Source: Smithella sp. (GTDB lineage Bacteria > Desulfobacterota > Syntrophia > Syntrophales > Smithellaceae). Taken from it: a DNA stretch of 64,000 bases. The notes under the pieces were generated by a model. The model was not told the origin of the DNA. It was given only the letters and a program-made list of their open reading frames with translations, and ran no database searches. The stretch lies in assembly GCA_052139735.1 (NCBI GenBank), contig JBKQWB010000061.1, forward strand, positions 16,858 through 80,857, given 5' to 3'. How positions within the stretch are numbered: the stretch's first letter is position 1; the number at the start of each line of letters is the position of its first letter. The translations under genes and the position numbers were made by a program. This document shows positions 20,412 to 30,550 of this stretch, piece after piece.

Positions 20412-21434
20412 TTATTTCCTGTGGCGCTTTAACGCCGATTCAATTATGGCGCTGATTAAGTCATGATAGCTCATTCCTATTTTAGAGCACAAAATAGACA
20501 AATCCGAACGAATGGGATTTAAGCCGGCAAGAGAATTGACTTCCATAAAATGGGGATTTCCATTGGAGTCCGAGCGTAAATCAATACGTCCTGCGTCTTT
20601 TAAATCCAAGCCGCGCCAGGCCATAAGCGAAATTTCCATCGCCTGCCTGGCTTCATCATCATTGACCAGGACATACTGAACCAGTTTTTCATAATGCTCT
20701 TTATTTTCGTAGGAATAGGCGTTCTTTTCCGCATCTGGCCGGAGAATTATTTCCATTGCTCCGAGAGCGCGGGCATCCTGCCCTGTTCCCAAAATACCCA
20801 CGGTAAATTCGCGACCGGGTAGATATGTTTCAATCAGTACAGGTTGCTTAAAGGTCTGCAGGAGGTATTTACAGACCTTTTGAAGATTTTTACGATTGGT
20901 TATCTTTGATGTCGCCGTTATGCCCTTGCCCGTTCCTTCGGCTATCGGTTTGGCAAAAAGAGGAAACGGAAGATCAACCTTGTTCATGTCATCTTCAAAA
21001 TGAACTACGGCAAAATCAGGTGTAGGTATTTTCAAGTCGCGGAGAACATGCTTGGTCATACCCTTCTGGAGAGAGATGGCGTGACCAAGTGGATCCGAGA
21101 AAGTATAGGGGATGCTATAGGCTTCCAACAAGGCGGGAACTTGCGCTTCGCGGCCGAAGCCATACATGCCTTCGGCAATATTAAAAACAAGATCCCATTT
21201 GTCTCCGGCTACCAGACGGCGAGTTAATGCTTTTATATTGCCAATTCTATCAGCTTGAAAACCATTGTCTAAAATTATTTTTTCAATGGCTTCTATGGTA
21301 TCGGGAAGATCGAATTCCGCTGTTTCTTCCAGACCATATCCTTCTTTTAAATAGTCATCGCGTAAATCATAGGTTATGCCAATTTTCAGTTTTTTACCCA
21401 CGCGACCCAATGTTAAATTACCTGCACTCTGCAA
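20412..21434 (-). CDS. ATP-grasp ligase, D-Ala-D-Ala-ligase-like (second paralog)
   Basis: PYTFSD, KPIAEGTGKG, LPGREF, GRIDLR, MEVNSL; start may be GTG at 21401. Confidence 0.85.
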   Translation of the reverse strand: MQSAGNLTLGRVGKKLKIGITYDLRDDYLKEGYGLEETAEFDLPDTIEAIEKIILDNGFQADRIGNIKALTRRLVAGDKWDLVFNIAEGMYGFGREAQVPALLEAYSIPYTFSDPLGHAISLQKGMTKHVLRDLKIPTPDFAVVHFEDDMNKVDLPFPLFAKPIAEGTGKGITATSKITNRKNLQKVCKYLLQTFKQPVLIETYLPGREFTVGILGTGQDARALGAMEIILRPDAEKNAYSYENKEHYEKLVQYVLVNDDEARQAMEISLMAWRGLDLKDAGRIDLRSDSNGNPHFMEVNSLAGLNPIRSDLSILCSKIGMSYHDLISAIIESALKRHRK

Positions 21435-21449
21435 TAAATTTCTGCCGAT

Positions 21450-22760
21450 TTAATGTATATCCTTCAATTTTGCATGATTGTCGGGGTAACGGAAAATATT
21501 GCCTTCGTAATTGCGCAGAAGCAAAGCGCCATTTTCCCATCCGATAGCATATTGGGGAAGCAAAGGAATTTTACCGCCGCCGCCAGGCGCATCGACAACA
21601 TAAGTGGGCACGGCATAACCGGTGGTGTGTCCGCGCAGACCTTGAATAATGTCCAGTCCCTTGCTGATCGGTGTTCGGAAATGAGAAGATCCGGGGATTG
21701 GATCGCACTGATATAGATAATAAGGACGAACTCTGATTTGCAACTGCCCCTGCACCAGTCTCGTCATGGTAACGATGTCATCATTGATGTCGGAAAGAAG
21801 CACAGTCTGGCTTCCTAAAGGAATGCCGGCGTCAGCCAGTCTAATACAGGCAGCGCTCATTTCCGGAGTCAATTCTTTTGGATGAGTTATATGAATGCTT
21901 ATCCATAAAGGATGATATTTTTTAAGCATAGCCGTCAGAGCCGGTGTTATTCTCTGGGGCAAAACCACAGGCACTTTAGTGCCGATTCGTAAAAGCTCAA
22001 TGTGAGGAATTTTGTGCAACCGCTTTAACAGCCAGTCCAGCTTTTCGTCGGATAGGGTTAAAGGATCGCCGCCGGAGAGTAGTACGTCCCGGATATTTTT
22101 ATTGCCGGCAATGTATTCTATAGCCCTTTCCCATTTTTCGAAGTTGACCAGATGCTGGTTACTTCGTTCGATAATCCGGGAACGTGTGCAATAGCGGCAA
22201 TATGTAGAACAAGCATCGGTCACCAGAAACAGCGCGCGATCAGGATATCGGTGAATAATACCCGGCACCGGAGAATCCACATCCTCACAGAGCGGATCTT
22301 CCTCTTCGCCTTCAGTATGCAAGCATTCATCAACAACAGGAACAACACAGCGCCGCAAAGGATCTGAAGGATTATCAGGATCAAGAAGGCTGGCATAATA
22401 GGGAGTTATGGAAACGGGCAAAGCTCCTGAATGATGCATCATTGCCTGACGTTCATTGTCCGAAAGATTAAGTATCTGAGATAAGGTGTTCACGTCTCGG
22501 ATGGCGTTACGAAGCTGCCAATGCCAATCAAACCATTCCAGACGGGTAATGTCGGGATAATGTCGTGTCCGGAAAAGACGGGAACGGACTGAGTCTTTAA
22601 AAGGAAATAGAACTCTATCTGACTTTTGTTTAGTCGCGTATGACGAAGAGAGTTCCGTGTTGAATAAAAAAAAGTCACTTACTTTATTTTCAACATTAAC
22701 AAGACCGGTCAATGGACCAGGAGGTTCCTCCTCCTCTTTAAATAGGGTCTCGCTTTCCAT
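21450..22760 (-). CDS. kamA: KamA-family radical SAM/PLP lysine 2,3-aminomutase-like protein
   Basis: HRYPDR, CSTYCRYC, LSGGDPL, PYYLYQCD, VVDAPGGGGKIP. Confidence 0.9.
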   Translation of the reverse strand: MESETLFKEEEEPPGPLTGLVNVENKVSDFFLFNTELSSSYATKQKSDRVLFPFKDSVRSRLFRTRHYPDITRLEWFDWHWQLRNAIRDVNTLSQILNLSDNERQAMMHHSGALPVSITPYYASLLDPDNPSDPLRRCVVPVVDECLHTEGEEEDPLCEDVDSPVPGIIHRYPDRALFLVTDACSTYCRYCTRSRIIERSNQHLVNFEKWERAIEYIAGNKNIRDVLLSGGDPLTLSDEKLDWLLKRLHKIPHIELLRIGTKVPVVLPQRITPALTAMLKKYHPLWISIHITHPKELTPEMSAACIRLADAGIPLGSQTVLLSDINDDIVTMTRLVQGQLQIRVRPYYLYQCDPIPGSSHFRTPISKGLDIIQGLRGHTTGYAVPTYVVDAPGGGGKIPLLPQYAIGWENGALLLRNYEGNIFRYPDNHAKLKDIH

Positions 22761-22834
22761 TTTGTTCCTCCTTTTGAAGGTTCCCCTCCCGTGAAATTAT
22801 TTTGTAATAAAGAATTACAAAGTCTTAATTATGG

Positions 22835-22862
22835 AATGTACTCATACAAAAACATTTGTCAA
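22835..22862 (-). promoter_or_regulatory. Candidate sigma70 promoter of the kamA cluster
   Basis: Minus strand TTGACA-16 nt-TACATT, about 75 nt upstream of the kamA ATG. Confidence 0.45.
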
Positions 22863-23284
22863 CACTTTTTTGCATTTTTGGCATAAAAAAATAAAAATAT
22901 TTTCATCAGAGGTATCACCGAAATAAAATATTTATGATTCTCCGGAAAATTTATGATGACTTAATGTTTAAGAAATATTCTTTGTCACGCATAATCTGAA
23001 AATTGTCATTCTGCGCTAACGCCCGTGGAATCTACGTCAGCGAAGAATGGAAACATTTTCAGGAGAAATCTGAAAAATTTTAATGAGACGAAAATCGTTT
23101 TAAAAAAATGGATTGGAATGTCTGTAATGCCCGATCACGATCATATTTGATTTATCAATCGGCCGGAACGGATTTTATTTAAGAACGGATCAATTTTTGT
23201 TAACAGAAAAAAGAAATAGGCCAAGAGAAGATTTTTTAGTTATATGGAACGTCGTTTGGGACGAAATCTTTATGGAGAACGTCC

Positions 23285-24074
23285 ATGCCCGAATTGCCTG
23301 AAGTAGAGACTTTGAGTCGTCAACTGCGAAATATAATATCTGGACGCAAAATATTATCATCAAAAGTATACGATCATAAGTTAGTTAATATAAAAATTGT
23401 CAGGGTAAGAAGAGTGATGACGGTGGAATGTAACAGCAAGATGATAAAATTCTTCTCGATGATGGTAATTCCATATCAGTACCTTTGCGCACGACGGAAA
23501 GGTTTCTCTGGCTGGAGAATGCGACAGAGCCGAAACATAGCCATTGGAGAATGACTTTCGATGATGGCAATCTATTTTTAATTGATCCACGCCGTTTTGC
23601 AACAGTCAAAATATTAAAGAGATTGGAAGGCAATTCCGGCAAAGACATTATAAAAAATTTAATTTAAAATGTTTTGTAAAAAATTATGGAAGCCGGAACA
23701 GAAAAGTTGAATCACTCATTATGGATCAAAGAGCTTTATCAGGGATAGGCAACATTTATGCTTGCGAGATTTTATACACAGTGGGGATTAATCCTGAACG
23801 GGTCGCGGCAACTTTAGTCGCGGCAACTTTAACGGAAGATGACTGGAAAAAAGTATTTTGTCATGCCAGAAAATTATTAAAGGCAGCAATTAAGATAAGC
23901 GGCACAGCAATTTCCGATTGGCGCGATCTTTATGGCTATAAAAGTGAAAATTAGTATGAATTAAAAGTTTACAGGCGGGAAGGGGAAAACTGTTACTTAT
24001 GCGGAAATGTTGTAACCCGGATAAAACAGGGTGGACGCAGCACGTTCTATTGTTCCGGTTGTCAAAAGACATGA
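23285..24074 (+). pseudogene. mutM: Formamidopyrimidine-DNA glycosylase pseudogene
   Basis: MPELPEVET start, [25 protein letters not shown] zinc finger split across frames; in-frame TAG at 23952; 15-bp tandem duplication gtcgcggcaacttta. Confidence 0.9.
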
Positions 24075-24345
24075 ATCCGATAACGCTATGAATTCGTAAG
24101 CGAGCAAAAACTTTGTTTGTTACTGGAGTGAGCGGGTAAATACTGAAAGATATGACTCTTCAAGAATCGAAGAATCTACACTGCTTGCTGCGGAGAGCTT
24201 CACTATTCGAAAATATTTGTTTATCGAATTATAAGATTCTATGAGATATGGACGGATTTTGCTTTTCGGAGGGACTTCGCCTATCGATGAAACCTTATTG
24301 TTTAACTATTAAATTGCGCTGTTTATTCTTTATTTTTGTCCATTA

Positions 24346-24396
24346 TTGAAACAATGTTTTAATTTATGCTTGACATTTGAAACAATGTTTTATAAT
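24346..24396 (+). promoter_or_regulatory. Promoter of the TetR gene with two identical 16-bp near-palindromic operators
   Basis: ttgaaacaatgtttta at 24346-24361 and 24377-24392 flanking TTGACA (24370) and overlapping TATAAT (24391). Confidence 0.75.
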
Positions 24397-24429
24397 TTAC
24401 ATATAAATTAGTAGAGGTTTAAAGGTACT

Positions 24430-25035
24430 ATGACTACAGATAAACCAATAATTCCAGAAAAATTAAAAGAACGACTGTATCCCGTGGTGTTGCGACAATT
24501 TTCCATGAAAGATTTTCATGCGGTAAATATACGCGATATATCAAAAGAAAGTGGGATCAGCTCGGGCACTATATATAAATATTATTTCTCAAAAGAAGAC
24601 ATTCTTTTTTCCATCATTGACGAAAAATTGCGCGATCTGGCGTCATTATTAAGAATGCATATTGCGGGAACCGAGGATATTCGTGAAATGTTCAGAAAGC
24701 TGTTCTGGGTTACAATGAATTTCTTTGATAACAACCCCGATCTTGCGATTACAGCTTTTATAACGGTTCCCTTGAAAAGTTTTATGGCGAGCAAATCATA
24801 TAAAAGGGAATCTGAAATAGATATATTAAACGAGATAATTGAGAAAGCAAAGAAAAAAGGCGCGGTTATGTCAGATATTGAAAACAATTATTTTGTCGAT
24901 CTTTACATAATGATAACCCACAGGCATATACAAAACTGGTATGTCCATGGAATGAAATGGAAACTTGCCGATACAATAAATAATTTTTTCGATTTTTTCT
25001 GGAAAGTGGTAGCTCCTTTGAGCGTAAAAGAATAA
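24430..25035 (+). CDS. TetR/AcrR family transcriptional regulator
   Basis: N-terminal HTH IRDISKESGISSGTIYKYYFSKEDI. Confidence 0.9.
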   Translation: MTTDKPIIPEKLKERLYPVVLRQFSMKDFHAVNIRDISKESGISSGTIYKYYFSKEDILFSIIDEKLRDLASLLRMHIAGTEDIREMFRKLFWVTMNFFDNNPDLAITAFITVPLKSFMASKSYKRESEIDILNEIIEKAKKKGAVMSDIENNYFVDLYIMITHRHIQNWYVHGMKWKLADTINNFFDFFWKVVAPLSVKE

Positions 25036-25147
25036 CTGTAATATTGATTTGTAAAAATACGAAATTTAAATATATCTAATAAATACAATAATATACATAA
25101 GATTTATTCTGTGATTATAATAAATTACGATTTCATGGAGATGCGCA

Positions 25148-27340
25148 ATGGAAAAAATCGATATCCTGGAAAAAGTAAAATCTCAAAAGCGAACAACATT
25201 AACGGAGGCGGAGGCAAAAGAAGTTTTAAAAAAATATGGCATTCCGGTAGTAGAAGAAAAAGCCGTTAATACAATAGAAGAAACAGAAATAGAAGCTCAA
25301 AGGGTAGGTTACCCTGTTGTTGTAAAAGGATTGGGATCCCGTCTAACACATAAAACAGAAAAAGGTTTGGTTAAGCTGAATTTAAGAAATAAGGAAGATG
25401 TTCGTTCTGCGGCGCTATATATAAAGGAAGCGGCCGGAAATGATTTAGAGGGTTTTTTAATTCAGCCGATGTTGGTAGGCAAAAGAGAGTTTGTCGCCGG
25501 GCTTTTCCGTGATGAACAGTTTGGCGCGACGGTAATGTTTGGATTAGGCGGGATTTTTACAGAAGCAATCGGAGATGTTGTCTTTCGTCTGGCTCCTCTT
25601 GATGAGAAAGAAGCGCGAAAAATGATTGACGAACTCCATGCCCGGAAATTGCTCGGTGCGTTTCGTGGGGAGAATGCCCCGGACAAAGATGCGTTGATTA
25701 AAACGCTTGTTGGTTTGTCCAGGATAGGCATGGAAATACCGGATATAAAAGAAATAGATATTAATCCATTGTTGGTGACTGCCCAGGGCAAGGTTACGGC
25801 GGTTGATGCCTTGATAGTTATAGGAAAAATAACAAATCAAAAAGTACCACCTTTGCCGATAAATCCCAAAAGTATCGGGAATTTATTATATCCGAAATCA
25901 ATTGCCTTTGTTGGCGCATCTGCAAATATTAGCAAATGGGGACATTTAATGTTTTCTAATGTTATTGCGGGAAAATACCAGGGGAAAATTTATCTGGTTA
26001 ATCCTCAAGGCAAAGATATTGCCGGCAGAAAGGTTTTTAAATCCGTAGCAGACATTCCTGATACGGTAGACCTTGCCGTTGTTACGGTTCCAGCAGACAA
26101 GGTTCTGTGTTTAATACCTGAATTTGAGAAAAAGGCGATAAAAAATGTATTGCTTATATCCTCCGGTTTCGGAGAAACCGGAGTGGAAGGGAAGATTTTA
26201 GAAGATGAGTTGGTAGAAAAAGCACGGGGAGCAGGAATTTTAATTCTAGGTCCCAATACAATGGGAGTATGTAATCCTTATATATCGTTTTATTGTACCG
26301 GACCTCATGTTCGACCGGTTGCCGGAGGTACAGTTTTGATTACGCAGTCCGGCAATTTGGGTACGCAGATATTAGCTTTTGCCGTAAAAGAAGATATCGG
26401 AATACGCGCTTTTTGCGGGTCAGGCAATGAAGCGATGATTACAATTGAAGATTTCATGGATGGATTTGAAATTGATGAAATGACAAAAACAGTGGTTTTG
26501 TACGTTGAAAGTATAAAAAATGGCCGTAGATTTTTTGAGTCAGCAAAACGGGTTGGTAAAAGAAAACCGGTTATTGTCTTAAAGGGAGGCCGGACATCTG
26601 CAGGCGCAAATGCTGCTGCCAGCCATACCGGAGCAATGGCTTCTGATGTAAAGGTATTTATGGCGGCTTGCCGCCAGGCAGGTATTGTGCAAGCAGAAAT
26701 CCCTATGGACTTGCTGGATTTTTCGGCGGCATTTTCTTCATTGCCGCTACCCAAAGGCAATAGAGTCGGTCTTTTGACTTTAGGGGGAGGATGGGGTGTT
26801 GTGGCGTCAGATTTATGCGAGGAAAACGGTTTGAAAGTGCCAAGATTATCTGAAGAAGTAATATCAAGCATTAATAAATTATTACCGCCTTTCTGGAGTC
26901 ATGCTAATCCAATAGATGTTGTAGGTGATATGAATGCAGAAACATATATGAAAATTCTTGAAGAACTGATTCGGTCTCCTGAATGTGATGCCATAATACA
27001 TATGGGCATCATAGGAAGGAAACTTATGGTAAGATCGACAATGGAATCGGCTGTTGCAGTAGATAAGAAATATGATTCTAAATTTGCAGAAGATTCTGTG
27101 CGTTATCTGGAAGCTTTTGAAAAACAGACAATCGATCTAACTGTACAATTAATGGAAAAATATAATAAACCGATAATCGGAGTTTATTTGCTAAATGATG
27201 ACACAACGCAAATGATTACTAACGTAAATAACTACAAATACAAGGGCGTGAACTTTATTACTCCGGAACGAGCGGTTAAATCATTAGCCAAAATGTATCA
27301 ATATTCAAAATGGTTGAGTGGTTTAAATAATCAAGATTAG
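25148..27340 (+). CDS. ADP-forming acetate/acyl-CoA synthetase, fused beta-alpha order
   Basis: N-terminal ATP-grasp (HKTE, DINPL, VDAL); then CoA-binding (PKSIAFVGAS, GPNTMG), QSGN, phospho-His SHTGA, NPID. Confidence 0.9.
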   Translation: MEKIDILEKVKSQKRTTLTEAEAKEVLKKYGIPVVEEKAVNTIEETEIEAQRVGYPVVVKGLGSRLTHKTEKGLVKLNLRNKEDVRSAALYIKEAAGNDLEGFLIQPMLVGKREFVAGLFRDEQFGATVMFGLGGIFTEAIGDVVFRLAPLDEKEARKMIDELHARKLLGAFRGENAPDKDALIKTLVGLSRIGMEIPDIKEIDINPLLVTAQGKVTAVDALIVIGKITNQKVPPLPINPKSIGNLLYPKSIAFVGASANISKWGHLMFSNVIAGKYQGKIYLVNPQGKDIAGRKVFKSVADIPDTVDLAVVTVPADKVLCLIPEFEKKAIKNVLLISSGFGETGVEGKILEDELVEKARGAGILILGPNTMGVCNPYISFYCTGPHVRPVAGGTVLITQSGNLGTQILAFAVKEDIGIRAFCGSGNEAMITIEDFMDGFEIDEMTKTVVLYVESIKNGRRFFESAKRVGKRKPVIVLKGGRTSAGANAAASHTGAMASDVKVFMAACRQAGIVQAEIPMDLLDFSAAFSSLPLPKGNRVGLLTLGGGWGVVASDLCEENGLKVPRLSEEVISSINKLLPPFWSHANPIDVVGDMNAETYMKILEELIRSPECDAIIHMGIIGRKLMVRSTMESAVAVDKKYDSKFAEDSVRYLEAFEKQTIDLTVQLMEKYNKPIIGVYLLNDDTTQMITNVNNYKYKGVNFITPERAVKSLAKMYQYSKWLSGLNNQD

Positions 27341-27348
27341 AAGATGAA

Positions 27349-27364
27349 TGTTTCACGTGAAACA
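27349..27364. other. parS: parS centromere-like site
   Basis: Perfect palindrome TGTTTCACGTGAAACA, the consensus ParB-binding site. Confidence 0.9.
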
Positions 27365-27393
27365 TTTTATCCGTTTATCCGTAGAAGAATCAC

Positions 27394-27427
27394 AAAATAG
27401 GCAGACTTTTCAAAGTCTGCCTATTTT
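27394..27427. terminator. Bidirectional intrinsic terminator
   Basis: aaaataggcagacttt-tc-aaagtctgcctatttt between convergent genes. Confidence 0.85.
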
Positions 27428-27451
27428 ATAACTAATTATAGATTAATCTTT

Positions 27452-28912
27452 TTATTCGAGGTGCAATGGGACAAAGAAATTAGAATTACCGCGCTTGATT
27501 AAAAGTATTACACTTTTCCTTTCGGCAGCCTTGCTCATTTCCGTGGAGAATTGTTTCAAGGATGTTATTTTTACTTTATTGACCTGAACAATTACATCAT
27601 TTTGTTGAATGCCGGCATCATCAGCAGGACTACCCTCTTGCACATCTGTGACAATTACGCCGGTATCATGGGGAATTCCTAATTGTTTGGCAAGTTCTTT
27701 ATTGATTTCCTGAACATTAATACCGAAATATCCACCCGATTTTTTTGTCAGCGCTATTTCCGGCTTATCTTTGCGTTCCGTTACAACAACTAGAAATGAT
27801 ATTTCTTTGCCGTCGCGCAATGCTTTAATGGTTGCCTTTTCACCAACATGCAAAGAAGCCGTTGTTAGAAGCAAATCATGAGTGTCTTTTATAGATTTTC
27901 CTTTTATTTCTGTAATTATATCACCTACTTTAATTCCTGCTTTATCTGCCGGATCATCCTTAAAGACATCGGATACTAAAGCTCCATTTTTGCCTTTATA
28001 ATTCATATTTTTTGCTATATCGTCTGAAATATCCTGTATGGAGATGCCTAACCATCCGCGAGTTACTTTCCCTTTTGTTTTCAGGTCTTCCAAAATGCTT
28101 TTTGCCATGTTAATCGGTATGGCAAAGCCTATTCCCTGACCTTGGGAAACAATTGCCGTGTTAATGGCGATAACTTTTCCCTGCATATTAAACAAAGGTC
28201 CGCCGCTGTTGCCCGGATTAATGGATGCATCTGTTTGAATGAAATTATCATAAGCGCCTGCTCCAATAACACGTCCTTTAGCGCTAACTATGCCGGCGGT
28301 AACAGTTTGTTCCAGGCCAAATGGATTTCCTATAGCAATAACCCACTCACCCACTCTTACTACATCAGAGTCGCCAAGAGCCACTGTCGGCAGACCATTG
28401 TCCGGCTTAATTTTGATTAATGCGATATCTGTTTTGGCATCTGCGCCTATGATTTTTGCTTCATATTCCTTGCCATCAGAGATTTTTACCAGAATTTTAT
28501 CCGTATTTTCTACCACATGGTTGTTGGTTAAAATATATCCGTCATTGCTGATAATAAAGCCAGAACCAAGACTTCTTTGTTTAAAATCGCGCTGAGGCAT
28601 ATCGCCAAAAAAGCGGTTAAAGAAATCATCTCCGAAATATTCATTAAAAGGCGACCGGCCAAAATTATTACCCTGACTTCTTCCCTTAAATATTTTTGTT
28701 GTGCTTATATTGACAACTGCCGGTTTAACACGTTCAGCCAGATCGGAAAAAGAACCGGGAACGGTTCCTTCTATTGCTGCCGCTGCCGGAATTTCCGGCG
28801 CTCCCGAAGGGATAAGAGAAGATCTCAGAACTTCCACAAGAGAAACAATAAAAAAGGCGACCAAAAACGCCATTAAGAACATAAAAAAAGTTTTACGATT
28901 TTTATTTTCCAT
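27452..28912 (-). CDS. degQ: DegP/DegQ serine protease with two PDZ domains
   Basis: GSGFII, TNNHV, DIAL, INPGNSGGPL; N-terminal TM; ATG behind GGAGG. Confidence 0.93.
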   Translation of the reverse strand: MENKNRKTFFMFLMAFLVAFFIVSLVEVLRSSLIPSGAPEIPAAAAIEGTVPGSFSDLAERVKPAVVNISTTKIFKGRSQGNNFGRSPFNEYFGDDFFNRFFGDMPQRDFKQRSLGSGFIISNDGYILTNNHVVENTDKILVKISDGKEYEAKIIGADAKTDIALIKIKPDNGLPTVALGDSDVVRVGEWVIAIGNPFGLEQTVTAGIVSAKGRVIGAGAYDNFIQTDASINPGNSGGPLFNMQGKVIAINTAIVSQGQGIGFAIPINMAKSILEDLKTKGKVTRGWLGISIQDISDDIAKNMNYKGKNGALVSDVFKDDPADKAGIKVGDIITEIKGKSIKDTHDLLLTTASLHVGEKATIKALRDGKEISFLVVVTERKDKPEIALTKKSGGYFGINVQEINKELAKQLGIPHDTGVIVTDVQEGSPADDAGIQQNDVIVQVNKVKITSLKQFSTEMSKAAERKSVILLIKRGNSNFFVPLHLE

Positions 28913-29094
28913 AAGATCCTCCACCACATTAATAAAAAATTATTGTTATAAATTACTTAACAATTTCAAATACTATAATAATGGATTTGTTTTTGTCAAT
29001 AAAATATTGTTTGATTTTGGCCATTTAAAGATTTGTTGTTAAAAAGTTAATATTCTTTATCCGTATGGTAAGGAAAATGCGTTGACTTCGGAAT

Positions 29095-29868
29095 TCAAAG
29101 TTTATAAATTTCCGCATGGCAGTATTCTTTGAAGCCGGCTCGCAAGTAAACCTTTGCCCCTTTAGGTGTTGCTTGTAAAATGACATCTTTAAAACCAGAT
29201 TCTTTAGCGGATTGCATCGCGGCCTGCGTGATTCTCATGCCGCATCCTTTATTTCTGCTGGCGGAAAGAGTTGATACGTAATAAATTCCTGCTGACTTTT
29301 TATAAGTGAAAAGTAGCGAGGTAGCTGCCGGTATTCCATTGAGATAGGCAATAAAAAGTTTTTGCGGAGATTGCTCACCAAGTTTAAATGAAGAAACAAA
29401 AGCGCCATACTGCTCTCTGGCGTGAGGGGGCATTTCAAAGCCATGGAAGGAAATAAATTCCCATGTATGTAAATCGTTATTGTTTTTTACTTCCGAGATT
29501 TTTATATTGTCCGGGAAATTCCTGCCTGACAATGAATCGTTCAAATCTGCCGCCATACAAGGGACTTTTTCAATTAAACGCAATCCCTCATTCTGTAACA
29601 TACTTCGGGTTTCAGGCGATTGTCCGCTGGGATATACCCACCACCAGAAACGCAGATTCGATTTTTTGTAATATTCTTTGATTGCTGCGATGGACTTTGC
29701 ATCATCGTTGTTTAAAGGCTTTTCATTCCATGCCCAGTTAATATCGGAAATAGTTACGCCGGTGTTCATTGCGCAGATTGATTCAATCTGCGTCAAAGAA
29801 CAATTTAAATTTCCCCAATAACGGCTGACGGCAAAAAAATTTTCTTCAATATGTTTTATAAAATCCAT
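29095..29868 (-). CDS. GNAT N-acetyltransferase
   Basis: AGIYYVST..RNKGCG, LQAT..G..VY..AGF. Confidence 0.8.
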   Translation of the reverse strand: MDFIKHIEENFFAVSRYWGNLNCSLTQIESICAMNTGVTISDINWAWNEKPLNNDDAKSIAAIKEYYKKSNLRFWWWVYPSGQSPETRSMLQNEGLRLIEKVPCMAADLNDSLSGRNFPDNIKISEVKNNNDLHTWEFISFHGFEMPPHAREQYGAFVSSFKLGEQSPQKLFIAYLNGIPAATSLLFTYKKSAGIYYVSTLSASRNKGCGMRITQAAMQSAKESGFKDVILQATPKGAKVYLRAGFKEYCHAEIYKL

Positions 29869-30543
29869 TTAACCAATGCCGGCATGTTTTGTCCAACTCG
29901 AACTTTTCCAAAGCGGATCAATATCCTCATGACTATTAATTGCCGGATTCACACCGCATTTTATAGCGAAGTAACGATGCAGGGCAAGGCAACCGGTTAA
30001 TTCCGGATGAAATACCGTAACTAATATGGATTCGCTTTCCGCCGCCGCTATGTAATCATCAATTTTTAGAAGTATATTAACATCAGAGCCCACATCAATA
30101 ATTTTAGGTGCACGGATAAAAGTCAATGGCATAGGTTCTGCCGCGACAGCAGGAATCAGAGCTTTGCTTACAAAACTATCGAGTTGACTGCCAAAGCTGT
30201 TGCGTTCAATGGTTATGTTGATCAGGCCAAGGCAAGGAGCTTCACCAACCACCTTCTGTGCCAGCAAAATTGCTCCCGCGCAAGTACCCCATATTTTCAT
30301 TCCACGCCTATAAGCTCCGAGCAATACATCCTTGATTTCAAAAATATTAAGCAACCTGGAAATGCAGGAACTTTCACCGCCGGGAATAATCAACCCGGCC
30401 AGATCCGCAAAGTCATTTGCTTGCTTCACTTTTTTATAAGCGATACCTAACCGCTCCAGATGTTCCACATGCTCATGCACTCCGCCTTGCAGATCCAGAA
30501 CGCCGATGAAAGAGGGTCTGTCGCTTACTAAACGCAAAGTCAT
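29869..30543 (-). CDS. pdxT: PLP synthase glutaminase subunit
   Basis: GVLDLQG, PGGES, GTCAG, FIRAP, FHPEL. Confidence 0.95.
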   Translation of the reverse strand: MTLRLVSDRPSFIGVLDLQGGVHEHVEHLERLGIAYKKVKQANDFADLAGLIIPGGESSCISRLLNIFEIKDVLLGAYRRGMKIWGTCAGAILLAQKVVGEAPCLGLINITIERNSFGSQLDSFVSKALIPAVAAEPMPLTFIRAPKIIDVGSDVNILLKIDDYIAAAESESILVTVFHPELTGCLALHRYFAIKCGVNPAINSHEDIDPLWKSSSWTKHAGIG

Positions 30544-30550
30544 ATGAAAT

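Noticed and set aside
23952-23954. Pyrrolysine or readthrough TAG in mutM
   Set aside because: The gene also has frameshifts, so decay is the simpler explanation
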